A stretch of 64,000 nucleotides of DNA, taken from positions 5,600,001-5,664,000 of the forward strand of contig OZ244999.1 of NCBI GenBank assembly GCA_965223265.1, read 5' to 3'. The translations under genes and the position numbers were made by a program. Positions 28,345 to 39,131 of this stretch are shown piece after piece (position 1 is the first letter of the stretch; the number at the start of each line of letters is the position of its first letter). Source of the DNA: Planctomycetota bacterium. Lineage in GTDB: Bacteria > Planctomycetota > UBA8108 > SXIK01. The notes below the pieces were generated by a model. That model worked only from the letters and a program-made list of their open reading frames with translations. It ran no database searches and was not told where the DNA came from.

Positions 28345-30191
28345 CTCGGTTCCCCCTCCGTCGCATTCTCAGCCATGCAGAGGAGCGCCGGCGCGCGACC
28401 CGCCTCAAACGCCGACTGTATCTCGGCGGGATTAGCAGCAAGTTCACGCGCATGACGACGCAGCGTTTCGAACTGCTCGCGCCACGACGCCAGCTGTAAA
28501 AGTCGCCTCTCAATCTCACGCGCGACCCCATCGAGCACCTCCGCGAGGAGTCGATGGTGCTCCGTGCGCGCCTCCTCTTCGAACTTGGCGACGCGCTCGC
28601 TTGACACCGCGAGCCCAACCGCCTTAGCAACGATTGGGCTGACGATCGCATCGGTCACCACCTCCCCGAGCATCAGACCGCCACCAGTATGGATCTGTAC
28701 CCCCAGCACGACGCCGTTGTAAAGAACCTGAGCGAGCACGAACTTCAGTTTGTTCTCGCCAGTGACGGAACTCGCGGTTTCGGCTGCGCTCTCCTTTAGC
28801 CACGAGCGAAATCTCTCCTCACGCTGTCGAAACGTCTCACCCAGATCGGCGTGCGAAGGCTTCACCGCCTCGAAGAGCTCGCTCCACGTCTCAACGGGTA
28901 GTCGAGTCTCCTGCGAGAAGACGTCCCGAAGCTCTTCGATCGTCTCGAGGAGCCTCCGCTCAAGAATCTGAAAGGTATCAGAGGTGGCAGCAGGATCGGC
29001 CTCTGGCTCGTCCGCGACACTTGAATCACCGGGGAACCACTTTGCCCAGAGCGTCTTGACACCTTGGACGGGGAGATAGAGGAGCTTTCGCGGGTAGCGA
29101 AAGATATCGATGCGCTCCAGCGTTGCGAGGACACCGGCGAAGACCTCCGCCTTGACGCGCGGATCGACTTCAACGGACATCTCTTCCTGCAGCCTGCGAG
29201 CCGACACCTCGAACTCGCGCTGCGTGGCGGCGACGAGCTCCTCGACGGCCTCGAGGTAGCCCGCAAGCGACGCCTCGCTCTCCTGCCAGAGATCTGAGAA
29301 ACGGCGATGCTCGCGCGCGAGTCCGCGCTGGCGAAGCTCCCGGCGTGAAGCATCCGAAGCAACGAGCTCGGTGAGGGCGTCCGCCAAGGCGCAGAGCCCT
29401 GCGTCATCTGCTGGAATCAACTCCTGGTCATCGATACTGTGCTGCACGACGCTCACTCGTCGCGCAGCCGGCACGGCATTCGCGTCGAGCTCATCCAGCC
29501 GCGAGAAGAAATCGCGCCGCGGCTCTTCGCTGCGCACCTTGTTCAGCACGATGACGGCCGGCTGACCGCTGCGAACGATCTTCTCGAGGTAAGTCCACGT
29601 CGATTGGTCACCGTACTTATGGACGTCGGTGACAAAGAGAAACGCGTCCGCGGTCCAGAAGATCCTCTCGGCCTCGTCACGATTCTCCGCCTCAACGCTA
29701 TCGAAATCCGGAGTGTCGATGAGGACGACGTCGCGCCACTCATCGCGGCGGTGAAAGTGCAGAGTCACCTCACGGGGGAGCGACAGCGTAACGTGCGCTT
29801 CATGAGCGACGAAAGCAGCCCGGCGCGTGCAAGGACGGCGAAACCCGGCTGGGCTGACATTCGCTCCGAGGAGCGAATTGAACAGCTTGCTCTTACCCGC
29901 GCCCGTGGGGCCGAAGAAAGCCACGCGGATCGGCGCGTCTGGTCCCTCGCGCAGGCGAGCATTGAGACGCCGCACGGCCTCGAACACCGCCTGGCGGTAG
30001 GGCCAATGGTCGGCCGGCGCCTCGCAGAGCAGAAGCTGTTCCTCAAGCTCGGTATGCACTTCTCTCCGCTCCAGTTGCACGCGCCCGGCCGCGTAACCTC
30101 TTGACGTTGACGACCCTGTTTCGATCCCGGTACACCAGTGATCGGCTGGGCCGCCACCGAGCCGTGAAAGAAACGGCAAGACAAAGCCCAT
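28341..30191 (-). CDS. Dynamin-like GTPase (partner of the downstream gene)
   Basis: GPTGAGKS, DTPD and NKV motifs; 4-nt overlap with the next gene. Start is probably about 130 nt inside the ORF. Confidence 0.8.
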   Translation of the reverse strand: MGFVLPFLSRLGGGPADHWCTGIETGSSTSRGYAAGRVQLERREVHTELEEQLLLCEAPADHWPYRQAVFEAVRRLNARLREGPDAPIRVAFFGPTGAGKSKLFNSLLGANVSPAGFRRPCTRRAAFVAHEAHVTLSLPREVTLHFHRRDEWRDVVLIDTPDFDSVEAENRDEAERIFWTADAFLFVTDVHKYGDQSTWTYLEKIVRSGQPAVIVLNKVRSEEPRRDFFSRLDELDANAVPAARRVSVVQHSIDDQELIPADDAGLCALADALTELVASDASRRELRQRGLAREHRRFSDLWQESEASLAGYLEAVEELVAATQREFEVSARRLQEEMSVEVDPRVKAEVFAGVLATLERIDIFRYPRKLLYLPVQGVKTLWAKWFPGDSSVADEPEADPAATSDTFQILERRLLETIEELRDVFSQETRLPVETWSELFEAVKPSHADLGETFRQREERFRSWLKESAAETASSVTGENKLKFVLAQVLYNGVVLGVQIHTGGGLMLGEVVTDAIVSPIVAKAVGLAVSSERVAKFEEEARTEHHRLLAEVLDGVAREIERRLLQLASWREQFETLRRHARELAANPAEIQSAFEAGRAPALLCMAENATEGEPS

Positions 30192-30339
30192 AGGGAAGTT
30201 ATAAACTATCGTGACTCGACTGGCTGGAGGCCGATTGTGTCAAACCAGGGTCGAGGCAGCAAGGATCCCCCGACGAATCCCGCCGGTCGCGGTCGCGCCG
30301 GCCCGGGTCTGGGGAAGGCTCGGAAAGCGGTGCCTGCCG

Positions 30340-30365
30340 GGAACTTTCGGGACGTCGCATCCGTT
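30340..30365 (+). promoter_or_regulatory. ECF sigma autoregulatory promoter
   Basis: GGAAC-N18-GTT, the SigR/SigH-type consensus, immediately upstream of the ECF gene. Confidence 0.6.
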
Positions 30366-30373
30366 ATAGCAGG

Positions 30374-30970
30374 GTGAAGCTGACTCCCATGTGGAAGGGA
30401 AAGCGTCAGAAATTCGAAGTCGCAGCCCTCTCCCACCTTGGGGCAGTTTTTCGTTTCGCTGTATATCTGACCAAAAACGAGATCGACGCCGAAGACTTGG
30501 CCCAGGACGCGTTTGTTCAAGCGCTCCGCAAGTACGAGCTGTTCCGCCCGGGGACAGATCTGAAGGCGTGGCTCTTTCGGATAACGCGCAACCTCTACAT
30601 CGATCAGCTGCGCCGCAAGAAGTTATCGCCACAGGCAACGGATCTCGCCGACCAAATCGGAGATGACAAATTCCACGCTCCGGAGACGTGGTCTTCGGTG
30701 CAGATGATGACCAAGGACGACGAAGAATCTTTCTACGAGCTTTTCGGTGACGAGGTTCGTAAGTTTCTCCAGGAACTTCCGGACACTTTTCGCTTGGCAC
30801 TACTTCTCTGCGACGTCGAGGGTCTCAGCTACGACGAGATTGGAGTAGCGCTCGATTGCCCCGTAGGTACGGTGCGGTCGCGGATCTCGCGTGCGCGACA
30901 GCACCTCCGTGAAAAGCTCTACAACTATGCACGGGACTTAGGGTATCTCCGCGAGCGTAAAGAAGAGTAG
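30374..30970 (+). CDS. ECF RNA polymerase sigma factor (SigR/SigH-like)
   Basis: DAEDLAQD, FRPGTDLKAWLFRI and GTVRSRISRAR motifs. Confidence 0.95.
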   Translation: MKLTPMWKGKRQKFEVAALSHLGAVFRFAVYLTKNEIDAEDLAQDAFVQALRKYELFRPGTDLKAWLFRITRNLYIDQLRRKKLSPQATDLADQIGDDKFHAPETWSSVQMMTKDDEESFYELFGDEVRKFLQELPDTFRLALLLCDVEGLSYDEIGVALDCPVGTVRSRISRARQHLREKLYNYARDLGYLRERKEE

Positions 30971-30995
30971 TCAAGAAGAATAAGCGCCGCGCCGC

Positions 30996-31826
30996 ATGAG
31001 CATGGACTGTCAGCAAGTCAAAGAACGCATCGACCAATTGATCGACTTCGCGCTACCGGAAGACGAACGCGCAGCGGTGCGCGCGCATATCGCGACCTGT
31101 GAGGATTGTCAGGCACTCCAGGAGCACGAACTCAGACTCAAGAGGCTCGTACAACTGAAGGCAAGGCGGCCTGATATGCCTCCGGGACTGCATGCGGCGG
31201 TAGTGCAGCGCTTGCAAGGAGCTAAAACAGAGGGGCGCTATGAATCTCGCTCGACAACGCGTCGGCTGCTGTTGGCAGCAGCGATGGTGACCGTAGCGAC
31301 CTTGGTGTCGTACGTGCTGCTCAATTGGGACGCTGCTCGGCTCGAACATCACGCCGCGGCGGAGGGCTGTGCGGATGCTTTTCTCGATCGACTGAAAGCC
31401 GCTGACAGCGCCGAGGTGGAGAATCCACCTCCTGGATGGGAGGCGCAACTCCGCGAGACGGTCAAGCGTGAGACGGGTGTGGAATTGGCGGCGATTCCGG
31501 CGATTCCGAACAGCCGCTGCGTTGGCTGGGAATCTGTCGAGATCGGCGGCCATCGCGCCGTGCGCGTTGACTTTCGACCGCAGCCAACGATCCAAGTGAA
31601 AGTGTTCGGATCATCGCGAGCGCTCGTCTCGGTCTTCCTGTTGCCGATGAGCAGCACGGCGTTCTCGCCGGACTTTTTGGAAAAGCTGCGGGGTGGCCAC
31701 TCGTGCGGCGGCTGTGTCGGGTTCAGCCGGAGCGGCTCGATCTTCTGCGTGCAGCGCAGCGACTTCTACGTCGCGACCGTCTCGAACATGGATGAGAGCG
31801 GGCAAGCGGGCTTCCAGCCGCGGTAG
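30996..31826 (+). CDS. Zinc-finger (zf-HC2) transmembrane anti-sigma factor
   Basis: HxxxCxxC (HIATCEDC), a TM helix, directly after the sigma gene. Confidence 0.85.
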   Translation: MSMDCQQVKERIDQLIDFALPEDERAAVRAHIATCEDCQALQEHELRLKRLVQLKARRPDMPPGLHAAVVQRLQGAKTEGRYESRSTTRRLLLAAAMVTVATLVSYVLLNWDAARLEHHAAAEGCADAFLDRLKAADSAEVENPPPGWEAQLRETVKRETGVELAAIPAIPNSRCVGWESVEIGGHRAVRVDFRPQPTIQVKVFGSSRALVSVFLLPMSSTAFSPDFLEKLRGGHSCGGCVGFSRSGSIFCVQRSDFYVATVSNMDESGQAGFQPR

Positions 31827-31915
31827 GGTCGAGCGCCGTGCAGACGGAATCGATGACCCTATCGAGCGCTCCGCGGTCGGTGTCAGCAGATCGTGCTCGC
31901 GGGCGCGCCGTGCTG

Positions 31916-32614
31916 TCAACCGCGCAGCCAGTGGTTGAGATCGATGCCATCGAACGCGTCGTAGATGGCGGTCGCCTCTCGGAGCTCATCGCGACGATGA
32001 GTCGTCGTTACGGCGAGCACACGCATGCCGGCGGCGCGGCCGGCACGCACGCCAGGAGGCGAGTCTTCGACGACAAGACAAACTGGTGGGTCGACGCCAA
32101 GCGTGGCGGCCGCTTTGAGATAGATGTCGGGGGCGGGCTTCGGGTTCGACGTCGCCATACGATCCAGAACCGCACCGAAAAGCTGGCGGGCGCCAATGGC
32201 ATCCAAAAAAGGCAGAGGGGTGCGACTGGCTGTCGCCACGGCCGTCAGGAGCCCAGCGGCGCGCACTCGGCGAACGAATTCGACGCTGCCAGGAATCGCG
32301 GCGAGGCCGTCGGTCGCCAAAACGTCGCGCACGTGACGCTCCTTCTCCTGCATGAGAAACCCGAGCTTAGCGTCGTCGACCTCTCCCAGGACGCCACGGA
32401 TGACGTTCTCGCGCGCCACACCAACGCCGACGCGGAGGTAATGCTCGAACGTGAAGTCGACGCCCTCGGGGGCAAAAGTACGTCGAAACGCCTGCCAGTG
32501 CAGCTCCGCCGACGAGATGAGCACGCCGTCAAGATCGAAAATCACAGCCTCAGCTGCTGGCCAGCATTCGGGGGAGGGGGTGTGGGCGTCGTGGCTCAAG
32601 GGTTGCCTCTGCAT
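31916..32614 (-). CDS. HAD family phosphatase (beta-PGM-like)
   Basis: IFDLDGVL, KPAPDIY and VVEDS motifs. Confidence 0.9.
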   Translation of the reverse strand: MQRQPLSHDAHTPSPECWPAAEAVIFDLDGVLISSAELHWQAFRRTFAPEGVDFTFEHYLRVGVGVARENVIRGVLGEVDDAKLGFLMQEKERHVRDVLATDGLAAIPGSVEFVRRVRAAGLLTAVATASRTPLPFLDAIGARQLFGAVLDRMATSNPKPAPDIYLKAAATLGVDPPVCLVVEDSPPGVRAGRAAGMRVLAVTTTHRRDELREATAIYDAFDGIDLNHWLRG

Positions 32615-32846
32615 TCCGTAGTTGCGTGCTTCGCAAGCCCATGAGCTTACCGCGCCGCGCGGCTGTGTGCACCACCGAACAGTGGTGCTGCGCCGATGGT
32701 GGCGTCGATGACCGCGCCGAGTGGGGCGACGATGCATACACCCGCGCTGACTGAACGTCGCGAGACGGTTATACTGGCCCCCCGAAAAGAGACGGAACGG
32801 AGACGCCGAAAAGAGACGCCCTGAGAGCCACGCGAAAGGTTGCAGC

Positions 32847-35102
32847 ATGATGTCGAGCACGCGATCCGGTGTACGTCTGGGTCTCCTTGCATGGACCTTC
32901 TTCGTCTCTACACCTCCCACCGCCGCCAACGACTCAGACTCGGCCGCGTTTCGCGGGACGACCGCGTACTACGTCCTCAAGACCGCGCCGAGTTTCGGCC
33001 ACGGAAGTTGGCGGACGTTCGCGTTCCGCCTCGCCCTGCGACAGCCGTATGCCGACGCGCTGTTCAAGGATCTGTTAGAGCACGCCACCCTTTCGGGTCA
33101 ACTTTACGGACTCTGCGGGCTATGGTTCACGGATCAGGGCTCCTTTCACCGGCGCCTCGAACAGTACCAGTATCGCGACGATCAGATCGAGCGGGGCGAC
33201 AACAACGGCGTAGGGATCTGCGGCAACACATTCGACCGTCCCATGCGCGAATTCATCGTTCGAGAGGGGCGCAGCGTGATCCGACTCGATGGTCCACACG
33301 ACTCTGTAGAGGATTGGTGCACGCGGACAGGGCGCAAGGTCTCCTACCGTGACTACGACTTTCTCGGTGGCGGTTGGCCAGCCGCCCTCGCGAGGTCATC
33401 GGAGTTGCCTTTGAGTCAGGAAACGGACCCTCTCGATGAGCTCTTCCGGCGCGATCTTGAAGCCGGGTTCGTGCCACAGGCCGCCGATCCCTCGCGTGAG
33501 GATGAACACAGATGGCGATACGCGCGTGTGCTGAGGAGGTACGATCACGCGCCCCCTGCCGTGGTCGCCGCGCTGGAGGACGAGCGTCCGGAGGTGCGTA
33601 TGGCGACCCTGGAGGCGCTCTCCGCGTCGGGCCCGCTTGCCGCGGATCTCGCCGAGCGCATTGCAGCGGCGGCTTTCGCGACGGAGCGCCGCCTGCGATG
33701 GAACGCTCGCAACACACTCTTAGCGATTGGTCCGTGGGCCGGACGATGTTGGCCCGTTATTTTCGAACGAATCGAGACGGACGGCGGTGCCGACAGGGAC
33801 GCACGACGCCTGTCTGAAGATCAACAAAACGAAAGGGAATTCGCTCGCTTCCTGACGAGCCTCGTCAGTCGAGCCTCGATCGAGGATCTTCGCCACATGC
33901 GACGGCTCCTCGCTCACCGGGACAACCGCATTCGCACGTGGGCTCTGAAGGGTTTTAGATCTGCCCCCGAACTCTCGAGCTCCCTCCTGTCGGAGGTAGA
34001 GCGCCTGCTCCGAGACCCTGTCGATGACGTACGGATAGCAGCGAGCGCGGCACTCGCACGTCTCGCCACAGCCGAGATGGGAAACCTCTCGATGCCTGCA
34101 GTCGAACTGATGCTGACGGCGTTCGAAAATGACCCGGTTGAGGATGTTCGACTGAACGCCGCAATTGTTCTTGGAGCACACGGCGAGAGCGCGAGTTCGG
34201 CTCTTCCAGCGCTCACCGCGGCACTCCGAGAAACATCTGCCGCGGTGCAAGTTGCGGCGGCACACGCTCGCTGGAGCATCGACGGCAGTGGTCCGGACTC
34301 GGTGCCGATGCTCTTAGCCAACCTCGCGAGCAGAACCACGAAATCGGACGCCCGAACCAGAGCCTTGGAAGTACTGTCGAACCTGGCCGCACAGGAGGTC
34401 GTGGCCGAGGAGCTCAGCGGCTGGCTCCGCCGCGACCCTGACGGAATCGGTCGCGTCGAGCTCGTTAGAGCCCTCGGACGCGCGCGAAGAATGGAGCGAC
34501 CTCTCGAGGAGCGCTCACCCCTCCTTGCATCGCTAAGGGAAATCTCGGCTCACGACGACCTTCGCGTGGCGACCCACGCCGCGGATGCCCTTTACGACTT
34601 CACCGGGGAGCCGGACCTAGCCGTCGGACTCTGGATCGAATACTACTACGAGCGCGAGGAGAGTGGCGATGGGTACAACTCCATACGCGCGCTGCAAGCT
34701 CTGATGCGTTTCGGACCGCAGGCGCAGCCTGCTTCGGAAATCGTCACAAAGATACTATCTGGCGGGTCAGAGCCCGTGAGGTATCCCTTCGCCAGGCAGC
34801 TCCTCCAAGCGATCGGCCCTGCCGCCGACGCAGATGCGATCGAGGCATACCTGACGTGGATGGAGCAGCAACGCGGCCGTTGGATTCTGCCTGAAATTGT
34901 CAAGACTGCCGGAACCCTCGGCGCCGCGGCACGCAAGACTCTGCCGTTTCTGATTCAACTCCTCGACCACGAGCGTCTTGAAGTACGTGAGGCAAGCCGC
35001 CGGGCGATCGAGGACATCATCGCGGCGCTCGGTGAGGAGGACTTCCCCGCTGCCCCGCTCGCTCCGGAGTCGTCAGTCAGCCGCGAACGGCTTCGATCGT
35101 GA
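32847..35102 (+). CDS. Secreted HEAT-repeat protein
   Basis: Signal-like N-terminus, repeated LxDxxxxVRxxAxxAL units. Confidence 0.75.
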   Translation: MMSSTRSGVRLGLLAWTFFVSTPPTAANDSDSAAFRGTTAYYVLKTAPSFGHGSWRTFAFRLALRQPYADALFKDLLEHATLSGQLYGLCGLWFTDQGSFHRRLEQYQYRDDQIERGDNNGVGICGNTFDRPMREFIVREGRSVIRLDGPHDSVEDWCTRTGRKVSYRDYDFLGGGWPAALARSSELPLSQETDPLDELFRRDLEAGFVPQAADPSREDEHRWRYARVLRRYDHAPPAVVAALEDERPEVRMATLEALSASGPLAADLAERIAAAAFATERRLRWNARNTLLAIGPWAGRCWPVIFERIETDGGADRDARRLSEDQQNEREFARFLTSLVSRASIEDLRHMRRLLAHRDNRIRTWALKGFRSAPELSSSLLSEVERLLRDPVDDVRIAASAALARLATAEMGNLSMPAVELMLTAFENDPVEDVRLNAAIVLGAHGESASSALPALTAALRETSAAVQVAAAHARWSIDGSGPDSVPMLLANLASRTTKSDARTRALEVLSNLAAQEVVAEELSGWLRRDPDGIGRVELVRALGRARRMERPLEERSPLLASLREISAHDDLRVATHAADALYDFTGEPDLAVGLWIEYYYEREESGDGYNSIRALQALMRFGPQAQPASEIVTKILSGGSEPVRYPFARQLLQAIGPAADADAIEAYLTWMEQQRGRWILPEIVKTAGTLGAAARKTLPFLIQLLDHERLEVREASRRAIEDIIAALGEEDFPAAPLAPESSVSRERLRS

Positions 35103-35500
35103 AAGCCGGTCCGTCGAAAGCCCCCGACCGCACGCGAAGGAGTCGCAAGCGTGCGGTCAGCGCCGGAGTTGAGCCCCCGGTCGAGCGAGCAAGACTCCGG
35201 CAGGATTCTCGCGTTCGCTACCCCAACGAGTTCATCACGGATGTGCAAACCGTCCGGATTCAGCGAGACCAGAATCCTCTGGTACAATGACATCCGCCAT
35301 GAGCAGTCAACGTAAGAGGTTGGTCACGGGGGTAGTTGTCGCGGCAGGCCTCGCTGCCTTCGTCGCAGCCGGCGTTCTCATGAAACGCCCTATTCTTGGG
35401 CACCGACCAAGCCGCCCCCTGAACACCCATGGTGCTTCGTGAATCAAACCAGCGTCTTCAACTTCAGAAACGCCGTGAACGAGGGAAGGAATGCCCGGCA

Positions 35501-35959
35501 ATGGAGACCAAAGAGCTGCTGCTTTCCGAGCTTGAAGAAGCGTATTCGGGAAGTGGCGAAATGTCGCTCAAGGTTTCTCTGGAGGAGCTGACTCCAGAGG
35601 AAGCCTCCTGGCGGTTGAACGAGACCACCTGGACTATCGAAGAGATCGTTTATCACGTCGCCTCGGTTGCGATCGAGTACTGCAAGCAAGGATTTGGAAA
35701 GTGGAGCTCGGACTACGACAGACCGGTTGGTGACCTCAAGGGGGTTCTCTCGCTGCTTGATAAGGCCCATAGGCACCTCGTACAGTGCCTTCAGGAGTGC
35801 ACGGAGGAAAGTCTACACGAACCTCTGGAGACGAAGTTTCACGGGGAATCGACTCGACATTTTTTTTGGGTCATGGTCATGCACTACATTAGTCATGGAG
35901 CCCAGATTCGAACCATCCGGAGAGCGTACGGGTCGAGGACGCACTTCTATCCCATCTGA
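35501..35959 (+). CDS. DinB family protein
   Basis: WTIEEIVYHV and HYISHGAQI His pattern. Confidence 0.8.
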   Translation: METKELLLSELEEAYSGSGEMSLKVSLEELTPEEASWRLNETTWTIEEIVYHVASVAIEYCKQGFGKWSSDYDRPVGDLKGVLSLLDKAHRHLVQCLQECTEESLHEPLETKFHGESTRHFFWVMVMHYISHGAQIRTIRRAYGSRTHFYPI

Positions 35960-36043
35960 TTGCGACGTGCTTCGAATCTGCGTTGACCTGGGGCTCGGCA
36001 TATGCAGTCGAGGAGAGCCGCGACCGACCGAACCGCGTCAAGG

Positions 36044-36715
36044 TCAATGACGACATGCCGTGACCGTGAGCAGAAGCGGTACACCTAAGTACTTCCGACT
36101 GGCTGGGATTCTCTCGGCAAGACGTCGATCACCTCGGTTCTCTCTCCAGCGGAGGTGCCGGAATCCTGCGTTCTCTATTTCGGTTAGATAGTCCGAGACC
36201 GAGTGGCGCTCCGCACCAAGGCGATACTCAACTCCCTCCTCCTCAAAATTGGCTTCGACTCCGGCGGCAGCGAGGTCCGGGTGGAAAGCGGAGAACACCA
36301 AGCGGCCGCCGGGCCGCAGCACCGCGAAGAAATCCGAGAAAAGCTGGGGTAACCGGGTTACGTGTTCCGAGACAAGCGCGCAAAGCAGTGCGTGGAACCT
36401 CTCGCGGCGAAGTGGAAGACCGACATTGAGGTCCGCCTGAATGAGCGGCACGCGGGGAGAGGTGCGGCGAGCCACTTCGAGCATGCCTCGCGAGAAGTCG
36501 ACGCCGACAGGACGGCTACCGGCGCTCTCAGTCGCTCGAAGGTACCACCCAGTACCGCAGCCCGCGTCGACGATTCGCTCACCCGGGCGCGGACGAAGAA
36601 GAGCAGGAGTCAGCCGACGGTCGAACGCCACGAGCGGGTTCGGTGCCTGGTCGTAGGTTGTCGACCAGCGGTCGTAACCCTGTCGCACGTCCGGTCTCGA
36701 AACTCGCTTGCGCAT
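36044..36715 (-). CDS. Class I SAM-dependent methyltransferase
   Basis: YDRWSTTYD, VDAGCGTG and LRPGGRLV motifs. Confidence 0.9.
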   Translation of the reverse strand: MRKRVSRPDVRQGYDRWSTTYDQAPNPLVAFDRRLTPALLRPRPGERIVDAGCGTGWYLRATESAGSRPVGVDFSRGMLEVARRTSPRVPLIQADLNVGLPLRRERFHALLCALVSEHVTRLPQLFSDFFAVLRPGGRLVFSAFHPDLAAAGVEANFEEEGVEYRLGAERHSVSDYLTEIENAGFRHLRWRENRGDRRLAERIPASRKYLGVPLLLTVTACRH

Positions 36716-36860
36716 GCTAAGATTGACCGTCTCTTCTGTGTCAAAGTCAAGCGACGACGTTCGCACAATTCTTGGCGTGCCGAAGCGACGGAAGGTCAGA
36801 CCGTTGCACTTGTGATCGGTCCGTTGCCGAAGTCGCCCACACAACCAGCGACCGGTTACA

Positions 36861-37457
36861 ATGAATTTCATGGACATTCGTCGAGGAAAAAATGTCACGC
36901 TCCTGACTGTCGTTGTCGGCGCAGCCGTTGTCGTCGTTGCTGGATTTCTCCTGGTGAGACCGATTCAAGAGTACTGGTATATTTCAAAGCTCGATTCCGG
37001 CGACGCTTTACAGAAACATCGTGCGGCTGAGAAGCTCATACAAATGAGGTCAAGGCGATCTGAGAAGAAATTCATCGAGAATCTTCGCAACGGAGACTTG
37101 CTTGAAAAGATAACTGCTGTGCACGCGCTCGGGAAACTCGGATCCGTTGGGAGCATCCCCGACTTGCTACTGATACTGAGACAAAGAGCTCCACCGCCCG
37201 CCTCGGCAGAACGCCACCGCGGTATGTCCACCGGGCTGCCCATCTATCCGGACGTGAGACAGGCTTTAGTCAACATTGGCAACCCGGCGGTTCCCAGCCT
37301 TAATGAGATCCTCCAGGACCCCAAAGTGAACGTGCGGCTCGCGGCCGCCGAAATCCTTGCTGAGATTGCTCACGACGCGGACGAATCGGCCAATCCCCTG
37401 ACTGCCATACTCAAAGAAGAGTATCAGAGCGCCGGCGAGCACCGCCGAGAGCGCTAA
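36861..37457 (+). CDS. Membrane-anchored HEAT-repeat protein
   Basis: N-terminal TM helix, ALVNIGNPAVP and DPKVNVRLAAAEIL repeats. Confidence 0.75.
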   Translation: MNFMDIRRGKNVTLLTVVVGAAVVVVAGFLLVRPIQEYWYISKLDSGDALQKHRAAEKLIQMRSRRSEKKFIENLRNGDLLEKITAVHALGKLGSVGSIPDLLLILRQRAPPPASAERHRGMSTGLPIYPDVRQALVNIGNPAVPSLNEILQDPKVNVRLAAAEILAEIAHDADESANPLTAILKEEYQSAGEHRRER

Positions 37458-37532
37458 GATGGGCGCGGGACGAGTAAGACTACGGTGCTGACGCTTCGGG
37501 AAAGCGTTCCCACCCGTGCGACGAGCAAAAAC

Positions 37533-37585
37533 TGGAGGCGGCACCCGGATTCGAACCGGGGAATCACGGTTTTGCAAACCGTTGC
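37533..37585 (-). repeat. 53-bp duplication of the tRNA-Cys 3' part (att-like island boundary)
   Basis: Identical to 45785-45837; lacks the 5' acceptor strand and most of the D arm. Confidence 0.9.
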
Positions 37586-37947
37586 GCACACTACTCTAAC
37601 CGCAATCGCCAAGTCCACTTCGGGCTGCGCTGAAATTCTGCTCTCCCGCATACTCTCCCGACTTGAAGGAGACCCGACCACCATTGCGCGAGTGTGGCCA
37701 AGACTTCCGGCTGACGCGCGCAGCGCGATCGCGGCGCTTCTTCTGCTTCACCTGCGGGCGGGTTAGTCGGGGTAAGGGCGAGCGCAGCGACGAGCACGAG
37801 TAGTAGCCCGGTGACGAAGTACGACTGGCGTAGGGTTGTTTGCATGACGAGCGGTTCGGCCTCAACATACAACGTGAGGATCGTCCGCTCGGGCACACGC
37901 CGGATCGTTACGTTGCCCGCGTCGTCGCTTGCAGTTAGAATGGTGCT

Positions 37948-38184
37948 ATGAGCTCCGACACGAAAAAGCTTATGGAAGAGGCACTGCGGCTGCCGGAGAA
38001 CGAGCGGCTCCGTCTGGCCGAACGGCTGCTCGCGACCTGTGATGGTGAGCCCGATCCCGATGCAGCGGAGTCGTGGGCGAACGAGATTGCTCGTCGGTCG
38101 CGCGACATTGAGCTCGGACTCGTCGAGCCGATTCCCTGGTCCGAGGTGAAGACGGCGGCTCGGAAAACGAGTGGCACAAGCTGA
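37948..38184 (+). CDS. Addiction module antitoxin component
   Basis: ALRLPENERLRLAERLL...WANEIARR...IPWSEV pattern. Probable leaderless promoter TTGCCC-N17-TAGAAT. Confidence 0.85.
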   Translation: MSSDTKKLMEEALRLPENERLRLAERLLATCDGEPDPDAAESWANEIARRSRDIELGLVEPIPWSEVKTAARKTSGTS

Positions 38185-38479
38185 GCTCGTATTCCACCCA
38201 GAGGCGTCGGTCGAGTACGGTGAGGCCTACGCGTGGTACTTGGGCCACGACCCGAAGGCCGCGGAGCGATTCGAACAAGAGGTCGAATCCGCGGTCCAGT
38301 ACATTGTCCAGGATCCACACCGTTGGCCGACCTACGACGAGAAGCACCGAAAACTGCTTCTTCGCCGTTTTCCCTACATGCTGATTTACAGAGAGCATGC
38401 GAAGCGTATCTGGATCGTCGCCGTGGCTCATGAACACCGTCGGCCCGGCTATTGGAAGGAACGGCGCATTCCGCGGTAG
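38171..38479 (+). CDS. RelE/ParE family toxin, intact
   Basis: FHPEA...AYAWY, RRFPYMLIY and IVAVAHEHRRPGYW motifs. Confidence 0.9.
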   Translation: MAQAELVFHPEASVEYGEAYAWYLGHDPKAAERFEQEVESAVQYIVQDPHRWPTYDEKHRKLLLRRFPYMLIYREHAKRIWIVAVAHEHRRPGYWKERRIPR

Positions 38480-38636
38480 ATCGCCGGGGTCTCACACGCG
38501 AGCGGTGACGTCGACAGACTTCTGTACGCTGACGGCTCTCGAGTAGTCGCAACTGTAGTAGAATCGCATTCATGGCCGATCGACCTCGACACTCGATCAG
38601 TTTCTCGATCGGATAGCGGAATGCCTCACTCCGGAG

Positions 38637-38831
38637 GTGGCGCAGCGAATTGCTGATCTCCGTACAAATGATCGGACAAAAGCACGCCTGGAAGATCTGC
38701 GCGTGAAGGCGAACGAAGGCACACTTACTAATTCGGAACGCGCCGAATACGAGGAGTTCGTCGAGGGCTTTGACCTCTTCTCGATCTTGAAGGCTAAGGC
38801 GAAAGCAGTTCTCGCGAGACACAATCCATGA
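38637..38831 (+). CDS. Small hypothetical protein upstream of the HNH gene (antitoxin-like); start unclear
   Basis: LTPEVAQRIADLR...KANEGTLT...LKAKA; its stop overlaps the HNH start. Confidence 0.6.
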   Translation: MAQRIADLRTNDRTKARLEDLRVKANEGTLTNSERAEYEEFVEGFDLFSILKAKAKAVLARHNP

Positions 38832-39117
38832 TCGATGCGGAAAGCCGCCGCGTCGTCCGCGAGCGGGCCGGCAACCCGTGCGAGTACTGTTTGCTACCAG
38901 AGCAGGTGACCGACATTTCCTTTCGCCTGGAACACGTGATTGCGAGACAGCCCAAGAGGACGACAGCGTCTCCAACCTTGCGCTCGCCTGTAATCGGTGC
39001 AATCTCTACAAGGGGCCGAACCTCTCCTCCATCGATCCCATGACAAACGAGGTCGTCACTCTCTTTCACCCGCGGAAGGATGACTGGAATGCGACGATAT
39101 GCGAAGGCGACCGGTAA
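38828..39117 (+). pseudogene. HNH endonuclease, frameshifted and truncated
   Basis: VRERAGNPCEYC...EHVI in one frame; NLALACNRCNLYKG...LFHPRKDDW in another, with the switch near 38955. Confidence 0.8.
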
Positions 39118-39131
39118 CGCTGGCCGCGCTA

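Noticed and set aside
35299-35442. 47-aa ORF resembling the TM N-terminus of the HEAT protein at 36861
   Set aside because: Short, with only compositional similarity; possibly a gene remnant but not supportable.
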